64,000 bases of DNA from Clostridia bacterium (GTDB taxonomy: Bacteria > Bacillota > Clostridia > DSM-8532 > SZUA-474), in the NCBI GenBank assembly GCA_003251775.1, contig QKEK01000156.1, positions 24,855 through 88,854 on the forward strand, read 5' to 3'. The first letter of the stretch is position 1. Each line of letters opens with the position of its first letter. The translations under genes and the position numbers were made by a program. The notes beneath the pieces are model-generated. The model was given only the letters and a program-made list of their open reading frames with translations, made no database searches and was not told where the DNA came from. Positions 36,540 through 49,229 of this stretch are shown here, piece by piece.

Positions 36540-38312
36540 ATGAATCTTCAGAAAAGGCTTTTTATATATTTTATAATAGTCTGTATAGTTCCTCTAATTA
36601 CAATTGGGAGTATATCTATTTTCCTATCTATAAATTCTACAAGGGATTCAGCTATTGAATTTAGTGATTCCACCCTATTACAGGTAAAAACGAGAATTGA
36701 GGCAATTATGGATGTTGCATTTACTCTTAGCCAGCAATTAAGTGACGATTTAACAGTTCAATCAGTTCTAAGAAAACCTCTGGAAAAAAATGTATCACTA
36801 AGATATCAGACTGATCTGGCAATGGATACCTACCTTAATTATGAGCTTAACTATATAAAAGAGATTTATGGATTCTATATAATTGGCGAGAATAAGGGAA
36901 AGTATAAAAGTGCCTATAACTCTTTTTTTCAGAATGATTTAACAACTACACTATGGTATCAGACTATTATGTCTACACAAAAGCCGGTTTGGTTTTCCAA
37001 GCATAAAAATTCACAGGCAGTAAAAACCTCTGGTCAGCACTTTATATCCAGTGGTATGAGAATTGAAGATAAGGCCAGTAATAACGACCTTGGTGTTATT
37101 CTGGTGGATATTGATCTTTATGAAATTGAGAAGGTTTTAATAGATTCCTTTGGGGATCTTGGCCAAGTACTGCTTATTGATGAGAAAAACAGAATTATAG
37201 CAAATTCTGAAAATCTCTTTGCTCCTGATTCTCAAATTGTTAACAGCGCAATAACAAAACTCTCCGAGAACCCTGAAATTGTTAATTTAAAGAGTTCAAT
37301 TAAAAATAATCTGGTATTAAGCAAAAAGCTGGATCATGCAGACTGGAGACTTTTGGCTATAATACCCTCATCACTTCTTTTAAAAGATAGTATTATTTCT
37401 GTAACAATTCTTGTTGTTTTATTATTAATAATAAGTTCTTTTACCTTTATTATTTCCAAAATTATTACTTCCACAATAACTATTCCTATTAATAATATGA
37501 TTTCCTTAATGAAAGAGGTAGAGTCTGGAAATCTGAACGTAAAAACCGAGGTTAATTATGATGATGAAATCGGCCGTTTAAGTGATAGTTTTAATACAAT
37601 GACTAATAAAGTAAAGACTCTAATGGATAAAAATGTTGAGGAGCAGGTAAAGTTGCGAAAGTCAGAGTTAAAAGCCCTGCAGTCCCAGATTAATCCCCAT
37701 TTCTTGTATAATACCCTTGATTCTGTTGTATGGCTTGCAAGGATGAAACAACATGAAGATATAATAAAAATTATTAGTGCAATAACCAGGCTGTTCAGAA
37801 TTAGTTTAAGCAGAGGAAATGATATAATATCTATTGATGAGGAGATATCTCATGTTACAAACTATCTTCTTATTCAAAAGTTCAGGTATAGAACACAGTT
37901 TAATTACTCCATTGATATTCCGGAATCTATTACAAACTATAAAACTCTAAAACTAATAATACAGCCTCTTGTGGAGAATGCTATCTATCATGGTATTAAA
38001 TTAAAAAGAGAGGGTGGGACGATATCTATAGTAGGTTTTGAACTGGAGCATGATATTATTATAAAGGTTATTGATACAGGGGCAGGTATGACAGTTGACA
38101 GATTGAACGCCATACATGAATATCTAGAATCGGGAGAGAGCAATAATATTACAATGTATGGTATTAAAAACGTAAATGAAAGGATAGAGATATTTTTTGG
38201 TAAATCCTATGGACTTCGTTTTACCAGCGAAGTAGGAAAAGGAACAACCGCAATAATAAGAATTCCAAAATATTCAGGAGATAATACAAGTGCTAAAAAC
38301 AGTTATAATTGA
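36540..38312 (+). CDS. Sensor histidine kinase, YesM/LytS-type (two TM, extracellular Cache-like domain, HAMP, His_kinase, HATPase_c)
   Basis: LKALQSQINPHFLYNTLDSV is the PF06580-type H-box. A HAMP domain and the ATPase blocks ENAIYHG and DTGAGM are also present. The start is uncertain: the track gives 36450, a GTG lies at 36504, and an ATG at 36540. Confidence 0.8.
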   Translation: MNLQKRLFIYFIIVCIVPLITIGSISIFLSINSTRDSAIEFSDSTLLQVKTRIEAIMDVAFTLSQQLSDDLTVQSVLRKPLEKNVSLRYQTDLAMDTYLNYELNYIKEIYGFYIIGENKGKYKSAYNSFFQNDLTTTLWYQTIMSTQKPVWFSKHKNSQAVKTSGQHFISSGMRIEDKASNNDLGVILVDIDLYEIEKVLIDSFGDLGQVLLIDEKNRIIANSENLFAPDSQIVNSAITKLSENPEIVNLKSSIKNNLVLSKKLDHADWRLLAIIPSSLLLKDSIISVTILVVLLLIISSFTFIISKIITSTITIPINNMISLMKEVESGNLNVKTEVNYDDEIGRLSDSFNTMTNKVKTLMDKNVEEQVKLRKSELKALQSQINPHFLYNTLDSVVWLARMKQHEDIIKIISAITRLFRISLSRGNDIISIDEEISHVTNYLLIQKFRYRTQFNYSIDIPESITNYKTLKLIIQPLVENAIYHGIKLKREGGTISIVGFELEHDIIIKVIDTGAGMTVDRLNAIHEYLESGESNNITMYGIKNVNERIEIFFGKSYGLRFTSEVGKGTTAIIRIPKYSGDNTSAKNSYN

Positions 38313-39915
38313 TGATGAAGATTTAATTAGAGAGGGGCTTGTTGCATCTATTAATTGGAATGATCTTGGGTTTGAAATTGCCGGTCAGGCATCAGATGGT
38401 GAGAGAGCTATTGAACTTATACAGAATTTAAGGCCGGATATTATAGTTACAGATATAAGAATGCCTTTTATGAATGGTCTGGAGTTAATAGAATTTATTA
38501 AACCCATGGTGCCTGAATCCTATATAATAATTATTAGTGGGCATGATGAGTTTCAGTATGCCCAGAAGGCTTTACAGCTAGGAGTTTACGATTTTATTTT
38601 AAAACCCTTTGAGCTGGACTATTTTGTAAAGGTTTTAACTAAAATTAAATATGATTACACAATTAAAAAGAGCAGTAATCGATCTGTCCTTCCAAAAGAG
38701 GATGTGGAGTCTCTTAAAATAGGTTTTTTAAAATCAATATGTCTTAATAAGATTGACGACGATCAGATTATTAACAGATTGAGAATTTATGATCTTCAGT
38801 ATTTGGAAGAGAGACTCTTTGCTACAATTATTGTCCAAATTGATAACTATCATATCTCTATTTCGGATAATACTTTTGATGAAATTAATGATGTACATAA
38901 GGTTTATCATCAATTAATAGAGAGTGTTGTAAAAGGTGAGGAGAAGATTCATCTTATTGAAGGAAATTCCGGGGATATAATACTCCTTCTTAACAGTACT
39001 AATGAGCTGGATTTATATAATAAGATTAGTAATTTAACAACCCAGTTAAGATGCGTCTTTGATAATGAGTCCAACCTGTCAGTTACAATAGCCTATAGTC
39101 AGATAGTGAATTCAATTTATAATATACATAAATCGTATAAGCAGTCATATAAAGCCTGTAACCAGCGTTTTGTAATTGGTTATAATCACAATATCTCCTA
39201 TGATATAACCGAGTCTCATCAGAATAATCATATAGCAAAATCTAATGTTCCTCAAATTAAATTTGATAGAAAGGCTTTTTCAGACGTCATAAAAGAGGGG
39301 GATAATTGTAAAATTTCTGAATATATAGATTCTATATTTAGTGAGATGTCAAATAAAGGGGGCGGTTCTGCACTTTTTGGAACAATGTTTGTTACCTCAG
39401 TTTATATAGAGCTGTTAAATATATTGGAAAATCAGGATCTTACAATTGGAGATCTATATGATGATCCAATTGCAATATACAAGCATCTTTCAATTTCAAA
39501 AAATATTGATGACTCAAGGGAGTTAATTACAGAAATTGCCGAAAAGGTCGCCCACCATCTAAGTTTAACAGGTTCTGAGCAGTATGACATGAGAATAAAA
39601 GAGGCTATAAATTATATAGAAAAGAATTTTGCAAACCCCAATATAACTCTGCAGGAGGTTGCAGAACATATTAATATGGGGGTTTGTTACTTTAGCAGCA
39701 CATTTAAAAAGGAGACCGGAGACTCATTTATTAACTATTTGAATAATACCAGAATAGAAAAAGCCAAGGATCTGTTTGAAAAAACATCATATAAAGCCTA
39801 TGAAATCTCTTACATGGTTGGATATAAAACACCAACCTACTTTAGCTCTCTATTTAAAAAGATACTCGGTATATCTCCAACGGAGTATAAAACTCAAAAG
39901 CTGATTGCAGATTAA
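38290..39915 (+). CDS. Response regulator with AraC-type DNA-binding output (YesN-like)
   Basis: The REC domain reads VIIDDE...DIIVTDIRMPFMNG...K. The C-terminal double HTH_AraC is present. The GTG start overlaps the kinase gene by 23 nt. Confidence 0.9.
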   Translation: MLKTVIIDDEDLIREGLVASINWNDLGFEIAGQASDGERAIELIQNLRPDIIVTDIRMPFMNGLELIEFIKPMVPESYIIIISGHDEFQYAQKALQLGVYDFILKPFELDYFVKVLTKIKYDYTIKKSSNRSVLPKEDVESLKIGFLKSICLNKIDDDQIINRLRIYDLQYLEERLFATIIVQIDNYHISISDNTFDEINDVHKVYHQLIESVVKGEEKIHLIEGNSGDIILLLNSTNELDLYNKISNLTTQLRCVFDNESNLSVTIAYSQIVNSIYNIHKSYKQSYKACNQRFVIGYNHNISYDITESHQNNHIAKSNVPQIKFDRKAFSDVIKEGDNCKISEYIDSIFSEMSNKGGGSALFGTMFVTSVYIELLNILENQDLTIGDLYDDPIAIYKHLSISKNIDDSRELITEIAEKVAHHLSLTGSEQYDMRIKEAINYIEKNFANPNITLQEVAEHINMGVCYFSSTFKKETGDSFINYLNNTRIEKAKDLFEKTSYKAYEISYMVGYKTPTYFSSLFKKILGISPTEYKTQKLIAD

Positions 39916-40328
39916 TTTTTAGGAGTTAATGCTGAAATTCCTAATCGTGCCAATTCTTCATCTTCCTGTCCGCTCATCCCGCTAACAGCTACAGCTCCTA
40001 TTACCTCATTATTAACAATAATTGGCACACCTCCCTGGAGGCCTGTATATCTTATATCTCCTAAATCTGTAATATTGAATTGGTTAATTTTAGAATTCTC
40101 TCCCAGTTCTCCGCTGGTCTGTTTATCTCTTGCTGCAGTAAATGCCTTGTTTATAGAGATATTAATTGATGAGAGAGGACTTTTGTCTGTTCTGAAAAAA
40201 GATAATAACTCTCCATGACTATCTACAACAGAAACCGAAACTCCTTTATCAAGAGGGATTATATACTCTTTTATCTTGTTATTAATTAACTCAACATCCT
40301 TTAGTGTTAACTTGTAAATTGTATCCAT
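39912..40328 (-). CDS. GlcG/HbpS-like heme-binding protein (DUF336)
   Basis: The GGVPIIVNNEVIGAVAVSG block is typical of DUF336. The protein is 138 aa. Confidence 0.75.
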   Translation of the reverse strand: MDTIYKLTLKDVELINNKIKEYIIPLDKGVSVSVVDSHGELLSFFRTDKSPLSSINISINKAFTAARDKQTSGELGENSKINQFNITDLGDIRYTGLQGGVPIIVNNEVIGAVAVSGMSGQEDEELARLGISALTPKN

Positions 40329-40388
40329 ATTTTATATTCTACAATTATTTTTTATATATTGAAATAAGAATATTGTTTTTTTTATTAT

Positions 40389-40417
40389 TGGACAATCACA
40401 ATAAGCTGTTTTATAAT
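40389..40417 (+). promoter_or_regulatory. Sigma70-type promoter of the MCP-PBP fusion gene
   Basis: TGGACA (40389-40394), a 17-nt spacer, then TATAAT (40412-40417). The RBS GAGGGAAGG precedes the ATG at 40438. Confidence 0.5.
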
Positions 40418-40437
40418 CGTACTTAGAGGGAAGGAAA

Positions 40438-42672
40438 ATGATTAGGAATAAATTTTACAAACAACTTTATAAACTGGAAAAAGATGTACTTAATATTATA
40501 AATGAAGATGGAAGTAGTGACCTAACAAAGCGATTTACATCAATTCGTAAATACTCCGGTATTGCAAAGGGCATAAATATCTTTATGTCAATAATGGATA
40601 ACCTTATATATAAATTAAAAAGTGCAGCCAGAGATAGTGGTGAGAATCTTTCTGTTTTAAATAGTAAGTCCAAAGAAGTAAGTAATGCATCCGATGTAAT
40701 AGCCAAGGAGTTGCAGGAGATAGAGAAGAGGATGGAAGTTCTCTCTAATGCAATTGAAGAAGTTAAAAACAAGAGTCAGAATGTTACTGATTCGTCTCTC
40801 AATATCTCAAGTGAAATTGAGAAGCAGTCTGTAGCATTGGAAGAGTCTTCTGCTGCTATTACCCAGATGACTGCCTCTATAAGAAGTATAACAAATACTA
40901 CTTCTGACAGATTTTCAATAATTGGAGAACTAAAGAATGTTGCCAATACAAGTAGTAATAAAATTCAGAAAAATGAGGACATTATTGGTCAAATAGCAAA
41001 TAAAGCCGATCAGATTCAAGCATTTATTGCAATTATTGATAATGTTGCTGCTCAGACCAATTTGCTAGCAATGAATGCTGCAATAGAGGCTGCCCACGCA
41101 GGGGAAGCTGGTAGAGGTTTTAGTGTTGTTGCTGATGAAATCAGAAAACTTGCTGAGAGTACCGGGGTAAATGCAAAAAATATTGGTTCTACAATGAATG
41201 AGATTCTTTCGGGAATACATCAGGCTCAGACACTTTCAAGGGATGTTACAGATTCATATAAGTCTATTTTAAATGGTGTTGATCAGTTTGCTGACAGTAT
41301 TACTGAGGTTTCAGCAGGTTTAACCCAGCTCTCGTCCGGTACCGGTGAGATCGATAAAGCCCTAGCTGAATTATCCTCTGTAACAAGTGATGTTAAAGAG
41401 TCTTCAGTAAGTATTATAAATGACTCTGAAGAAATTTTAAACTCAATGGATAAAGTAAGTCTTTTAACAGAAGAGAATACAAAATTTATTGGGAAAATAG
41501 GTGACCAGGTTGATCTTTCTAACTCAATTATTTCTGAATTTGACACTATTTGTAGCAGCAGCTATACAGACATAAACTCACTTTTAAAACAGGTAGACAG
41601 ATATAAGATAACAGATTTGGGTTCACTAAGAAGTGGGGATGATCAGCAGTTAATTATGTGGAATTCTGTACAGAAAGTAATTCCTCCACGGCCTGCAAAC
41701 CCAGACTCCTTTCCAAAATCTGACTCGAGACACTGGCATGATACAGAATATGCAGGATATGGGGTTAAGAAAGCTGAATTACCAAAATCACCATGTGATG
41801 GTCCAAATGGTAAAAAAGTTGCAGTATTCATCCCAGGGGATCACCCTTATTATAAAGCCTATCAGTTAGGAATGGGCAAAATTGCCAAGTTAATGGGTGT
41901 AAATCTGGAATTTACAGTAGGTGACTGGACTGGGGGGCCACAGGTTAAGTTTTTTGATAAAATTATGAATTCAAAACAGGACATGGTTATTATTATTCCA
42001 GCTGAAAGAAAGAATTTTGAGTCTCAGATTATTGCAGCCTATAATAAAAATATCCCAATTATTGTATCCCAGGAAGCACCATCCCAGGAAGCATTTAAAT
42101 ACATTATTAGTTATACAGGTTTTGATGATTGGGGTAGCCATAGATTCTTTGGTAGACATTTTGCTGATACTTTAAACAAACAGGGTGGATATGCCATAGT
42201 AGAACATTTGGAAGGAACAGGACAGAATACAGCCAGATGTTATGGTTTCTCTACTGAGATTACAACCTATGCCCCTGAAATGAAATTATTGGATATGAAG
42301 GGTACTGAACTTGATGAAGAGAAAACCCTTGTATTAGTAAGATCCTGGTTAAAGAAATATGGAGATCAACTAAAAGGGATTTACTCTGCAGATAGTTTGT
42401 ATCCTGTTAAAGGGATTGTTAGAGCTATTGAAGAGAGTGGAAGAAAGGATATTATTGTTTATACAACAGGTGTTAATAAATTCTCACTGGACATGACAAA
42501 GGCAGGTAAGTGTCATGGAATCAGGTGGGAATCTGCAGAAGCTGATGGAGCATTGGCTGTTGAAACTGCATGTAACTGGTTTAGTGGACTATTTGTTGAG
42601 CCTATTAAATTTCTGCCATACAGTTGCGTTACAATTAAAAATGCAGATGATTACTACCCTGCACAATGGTAG
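40438..42672 (+). CDS. Soluble methyl-accepting chemotaxis protein with a C-terminal type I periplasmic-binding-protein-like (sugar-binding) domain
   Basis: The MCP hairpin tip reads [40 protein letters not shown] found no hydrophobic TM segment. From about residue 455 (nt about 41809) the sequence looks like a PBP1 fold ([14 protein letters not shown]...IPIIVS...). Confidence 0.8.
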   Translation: MIRNKFYKQLYKLEKDVLNIINEDGSSDLTKRFTSIRKYSGIAKGINIFMSIMDNLIYKLKSAARDSGENLSVLNSKSKEVSNASDVIAKELQEIEKRMEVLSNAIEEVKNKSQNVTDSSLNISSEIEKQSVALEESSAAITQMTASIRSITNTTSDRFSIIGELKNVANTSSNKIQKNEDIIGQIANKADQIQAFIAIIDNVAAQTNLLAMNAAIEAAHAGEAGRGFSVVADEIRKLAESTGVNAKNIGSTMNEILSGIHQAQTLSRDVTDSYKSILNGVDQFADSITEVSAGLTQLSSGTGEIDKALAELSSVTSDVKESSVSIINDSEEILNSMDKVSLLTEENTKFIGKIGDQVDLSNSIISEFDTICSSSYTDINSLLKQVDRYKITDLGSLRSGDDQQLIMWNSVQKVIPPRPANPDSFPKSDSRHWHDTEYAGYGVKKAELPKSPCDGPNGKKVAVFIPGDHPYYKAYQLGMGKIAKLMGVNLEFTVGDWTGGPQVKFFDKIMNSKQDMVIIIPAERKNFESQIIAAYNKNIPIIVSQEAPSQEAFKYIISYTGFDDWGSHRFFGRHFADTLNKQGGYAIVEHLEGTGQNTARCYGFSTEITTYAPEMKLLDMKGTELDEEKTLVLVRSWLKKYGDQLKGIYSADSLYPVKGIVRAIEESGRKDIIVYTTGVNKFSLDMTKAGKCHGIRWESAEADGALAVETACNWFSGLFVEPIKFLPYSCVTIKNADDYYPAQW

Positions 42673-42695
42673 AATTTCTGTAGTTGTACAAATTG

Positions 42696-42725
42696 ATCCT
42701 GAAGTTAATACTTCAGGATTTTTTT
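42696..42725 (+). terminator. Rho-independent terminator after the MCP-PBP gene
   Basis: A 9-bp stem ATCCTGAAG/CTTCAGGAT with loop TTAATA is followed by T6. Confidence 0.7.
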
Positions 42726-43570
42726 CATTTTTCATTTTTAAATTTTACCGGGGATATTCCCGTTGTCTTTTTAAATTGGGTTGAAAATTCATATTGAGAC
42801 TTATATCCAAGAAGATCTGATACCTCGCCAATTGACTTATCGGAGGTTTTTAATAGTTGGCAGGCCATGTCTATTCTTCGTCTTACAATATACTGTCCCG
42901 GGGAGATTCCCAGGCTCTCTTTAAATCTTTTTCTGAATGACTCGTAACCAAGTCCTTTATCATTACAATATTCCTGTAGATTAATTCTTTTTTTTAAATC
43001 TTTAGTAAAGTCAGTACAGCACTTATCAATAATTTTCTGAGGGATATCGAACTTAATATTTGCAATTGACTGGTTAAGAATCTCCCTTAAAAAAGAGATA
43101 TTTGCAATAAGAAGTTCCGGTATTTCTGACTCCGGGCAATTTTCAAGGTTTTTCATCTTGTGAAATATTGACTCTTCAATAACTCTATCCGGTGTATAAT
43201 TAAATACAGGAATGTTTTTATTTATTATTCTCATATTAACTAAAAAGTTGAAAATTTCTGTACCAAAATCCATATAACATTCTGACCAGTTACTATCGGG
43301 ATCCAGAATTGTTGAATGTATTGCCCCTGGAAAACGCTGATAAATTGTTCCGGGAGAAAGGTTATACTCATTCCCATCACTATCAATATACTTTCCCTGA
43401 CCTCTAATTACGTATACTACTGAATAGTAGAAGAATTTAGTATCTTTTACATCAATTCTCTGACCAAATTTGTGGAGGAATCCAAAACCTATCTGTGCCC
43501 CTGTATTATTTATACCAACAGACCTTACTACTTTACATGATTCTATGTTATCAATACCCGGATAATTCAT
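42725..43570 (-). CDS. AraC-family transcriptional regulator (cupin plus HTH_AraC), divergent from lacZ
   Basis: The C-terminal HTH_AraC reads LQEYCNDKGLGYESFRKRFK...IGEVSDLLGYKSQYEFSTQFK. Confidence 0.85.
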   Translation of the reverse strand: MNYPGIDNIESCKVVRSVGINNTGAQIGFGFLHKFGQRIDVKDTKFFYYSVVYVIRGQGKYIDSDGNEYNLSPGTIYQRFPGAIHSTILDPDSNWSECYMDFGTEIFNFLVNMRIINKNIPVFNYTPDRVIEESIFHKMKNLENCPESEIPELLIANISFLREILNQSIANIKFDIPQKIIDKCCTDFTKDLKKRINLQEYCNDKGLGYESFRKRFKESLGISPGQYIVRRRIDMACQLLKTSDKSIGEVSDLLGYKSQYEFSTQFKKTTGISPVKFKNEK

Positions 43571-43610
43571 ATTATAAAAATACCATTTAACATATAAATT
43601 ATACCAGTAA

Positions 43611-46766
<3,156 letters not shown>

Positions 46767-46812
46767 TATACTTAATATGGCAGAGGGAAACTTCTGCCAT
46801 ATTGAGGTACTT

Positions 46813-47904
46813 ATGACAAAATCAATTAGAAATGCCTATATGATAGGCAAGTTTAACAGTAAAAAGTTTTATGATTGGTGGTGGCACTCATTTTGTGCAG
46901 TAAACAGAAAAACAGGTGAGCTGGAACCATTTTTTATTGAGTATTATGTAATAAATCCCGGTTTGGGAGGGGATAATCCTATCTTTGGGCAACTTCCCGG
47001 TAATAAAAAACCATCCTATGCAATGATAAAAGCCGGAAAATGGGGTGAAAACAGAGCCCAAATACATAATTTCTGGGGTATAAACTCATTTAAAGCATCA
47101 AAAAAAGAGATGAATGTTCAAATAGACTCTAATGTAGCCACAGAAAATGTTCTTAAGGGACGTGTTTCTGTTTTAAGAGAAGTCCCAGAAAACCACCCGG
47201 AGTATATGACTGATTGGGGTGAAATGAGTTGGGATTTAAAAGTTGAAAAGAGACTTAATTTCTCAGTAGGTTACGGTGCATCAAAAATTTTTAGAAGTAT
47301 GAATCTGTTTTCAATGTTTTGGCATGTTCAGGGAATGAAAGCAGAATATAGTGGGACTATTGTTTATAATAATCAACCTTATGATGTTATTCCACAAAGC
47401 TCCTATGGGTATCAGGATAAAAATTGGGGAAAAGATTATACAAATCCCTGGATATGGCTTAACTGCAATAATTTCAGGGATAAGGATGGCAAGAGTTTAA
47501 CAAACAGTTCTCTGGATATTGGGGGAGGCAACCCAAAAATTGGTCCAATAAGTTTAGGGGAGAAGATTCTGGTCTGCTTTTATTTGGAAGGCAGAAAGTT
47601 TGAATTTAATTTTACCCATCTTTTATTTCAGAAACAGAACTGGAAATGCTATGAGGATGAGAACAATATTTACTGGGATGTAGATGTAAGTAATTTAAAA
47701 CACAGATTAAAAGTAAATTTTTCCTGTAAAAAGGATGGGATGATTCTTGTAAACTACGAAAATCCTGAAGGTTTAAAAAATCATAAAAAACTCTGGAATG
47801 GAGGGTATGCACAAGGAACTCTGGAACTTTATGAAAAAAAGAGTAATATATTGCTTTGCTCCTTAACCGGAGAAAATGGTGGTTGTGAATATGGAAGATA
47901 TTAA
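46813..47904 (+). CDS. Tocopherol-cyclase-like family protein (function unknown here)
   Basis: YGYQDKNWGKDYTNPWIWLNCNNF...GGG...VCFYLEGRKFEF resembles the plant/cyanobacterial tocopherol cyclase block [23 protein letters not shown]...GGG...VHYDGKMYEF, recalled from memory. The ATG at 46813 has a GAGG RBS, and the upstream ATG at 46777 lies inside a hairpin. Confidence 0.45.
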   Translation: MTKSIRNAYMIGKFNSKKFYDWWWHSFCAVNRKTGELEPFFIEYYVINPGLGGDNPIFGQLPGNKKPSYAMIKAGKWGENRAQIHNFWGINSFKASKKEMNVQIDSNVATENVLKGRVSVLREVPENHPEYMTDWGEMSWDLKVEKRLNFSVGYGASKIFRSMNLFSMFWHVQGMKAEYSGTIVYNNQPYDVIPQSSYGYQDKNWGKDYTNPWIWLNCNNFRDKDGKSLTNSSLDIGGGNPKIGPISLGEKILVCFYLEGRKFEFNFTHLLFQKQNWKCYEDENNIYWDVDVSNLKHRLKVNFSCKKDGMILVNYENPEGLKNHKKLWNGGYAQGTLELYEKKSNILLCSLTGENGGCEYGRY

Positions 47905-48362
47905 AGAAGAGAAACCTTACTTACAACTATCCATTCACTGTTGGTGTACTCCATTGTAAGAATATAGGATCTTTCCTGAGTTGTTCCATCGGTTATGGAG
48001 GCAACAATACTAACTGTGTTATTGCCTTTAACTTTGTAAAGGGTATCAGCTACACTTATTTTAGAACCCTCAGTTGTCTCACTGTTACTGTAGTCGCTTA
48101 TTTTTTTTATATTATAAAGCCTGCTCCTTAGTTTCTGGCAGACTTCATCAGAGGGATCAAACTCTTTTTGCTGGATTTTATCTTTTTGATCAGTAAATAT
48201 TGAGATAAAAACAGAACTTCCATTATCAATTTCTCTGGAGCTGTTTCCAAGAAAATATTCAAAAGCTGTTAGTTGAATATCTTCAATATCATTGGGATTA
48301 TATAAATTACAGGAAATAATATTTATAGTGATAATTAGAAGTATTGTTTTAAATTTTTTCAT
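47901..48362 (-). CDS. Hypothetical small lipoprotein
   Basis: The signal peptide has the lipobox INIISC. No recognisable family. Confidence 0.5.
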   Translation of the reverse strand: MKKFKTILLIITINIISCNLYNPNDIEDIQLTAFEYFLGNSSREIDNGSSVFISIFTDQKDKIQQKEFDPSDEVCQKLRSRLYNIKKISDYSNSETTEGSKISVADTLYKVKGNNTVSIVASITDGTTQERSYILTMEYTNSEWIVVSKVSLL

Positions 48363-48579
48363 AATTAACTATTATTATATTTACAAAACAGTAAAGTTGT
48401 AAAGGAATCAGGATTATTTATTTAAAAAAATGAATATTTAATCTTTATGTTGTCTATTTAATTCCTTATGTAGTTATAAATAATGTGTATATTTATAAAA
48501 AAGTTCTGCAAAAAAAGATAGTGCTAGTTTTTTTGATTAAGCAGATATATAATAGAATTAAATTGTGGAGGTTACAATT

Positions 48580-49134
48580 ATGAAAAAAATATTATTATTT
48601 GTATCGTTGATAATGTTGACATCAGGCCTTTTTGCTCAGTTTCAAATAGGGCCTACTGCAATGTTAAATTTACAACTTACTGGTGAAGATGTTCAGTACA
48701 TCGCTGAAGAAGGTGCATCGGTTGTAAATGAGTTATCAATTGATGATTTTACATTTGGTGTAGATACAAGACTTAATCTTGGATTATTACAGATTGGAGC
48801 ATATGGTTTATTCTCTCCTGGTTATGATTTAAGTAATATTACTGATGGTGCAACTATTCGAGCTTTTTTTGATGCAGGTGTAACCATTGATCTGTTTATA
48901 TTACGATTAAGTGCTGGTGTTGGACCATCTATGGATTTCCTTTTATCAGAAAATGCTGACTCTACAGAGACATTTGATGCTGGTTTCAATATGAAAATCA
49001 GTGCTGATGTTCAATTAGGGGGAATAGCTGCAAGTGTTGTTTATTTAACAGATGTAAAGCTGACAGTTGAGGATATTTCCAAAGCATTTCAAAATATTAA
49101 TGGATTTGTTGGTGTAAGCTTACTTTTCTACTAA
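48580..49134 (+). CDS. Small outer-membrane beta-barrel-like protein
   Basis: It has a GGAGG RBS and a signal peptide MKKILLFVSLIMLTSGLFA. The sequence alternates beta-strand pattern and ends ...VSLLFY (aromatic C-terminus). Confidence 0.5.
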   Translation: MKKILLFVSLIMLTSGLFAQFQIGPTAMLNLQLTGEDVQYIAEEGASVVNELSIDDFTFGVDTRLNLGLLQIGAYGLFSPGYDLSNITDGATIRAFFDAGVTIDLFILRLSAGVGPSMDFLLSENADSTETFDAGFNMKISADVQLGGIAASVVYLTDVKLTVEDISKAFQNINGFVGVSLLFY

Positions 49135-49162
49135 TAATGTCTTACAATTAAACTGTGCATAG

Positions 49163-49193
49163 AAAGCTCTATTTATTAATAGAGCTTTTTTTT
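49163..49193 (+). terminator. Rho-independent terminator after the small OMP gene
   Basis: A 9-bp stem AAAGCTCTA/TAGAGCTTT with an 8-nt loop is followed by a T-run to 49193. It lies inside the listed 5' extension of the next ORF, which argues for the ATG at 49230. Confidence 0.7.
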
Positions 49194-49229
49194 CATCAAA
49201 ATATTTTATTTCATAAAAAGGATTTTATT

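Noticed and set aside
41040-41160. DNA similarity between the two MCP genes (also 50460-50580) as a repeat or mobile element
   Set aside because: The similarity is confined to the universally conserved MCP hairpin-tip coding region. It is diverged at synonymous sites, and there are no flanking repeat boundaries.
49155-49229. Longer N-terminal extension of the transmembrane MCP
   Set aside because: The extension contains a strong terminator hairpin with a T-run (49163-49193). The ATG at 49230 has an AAAGGA RBS and gives a normal MCP N-terminus.
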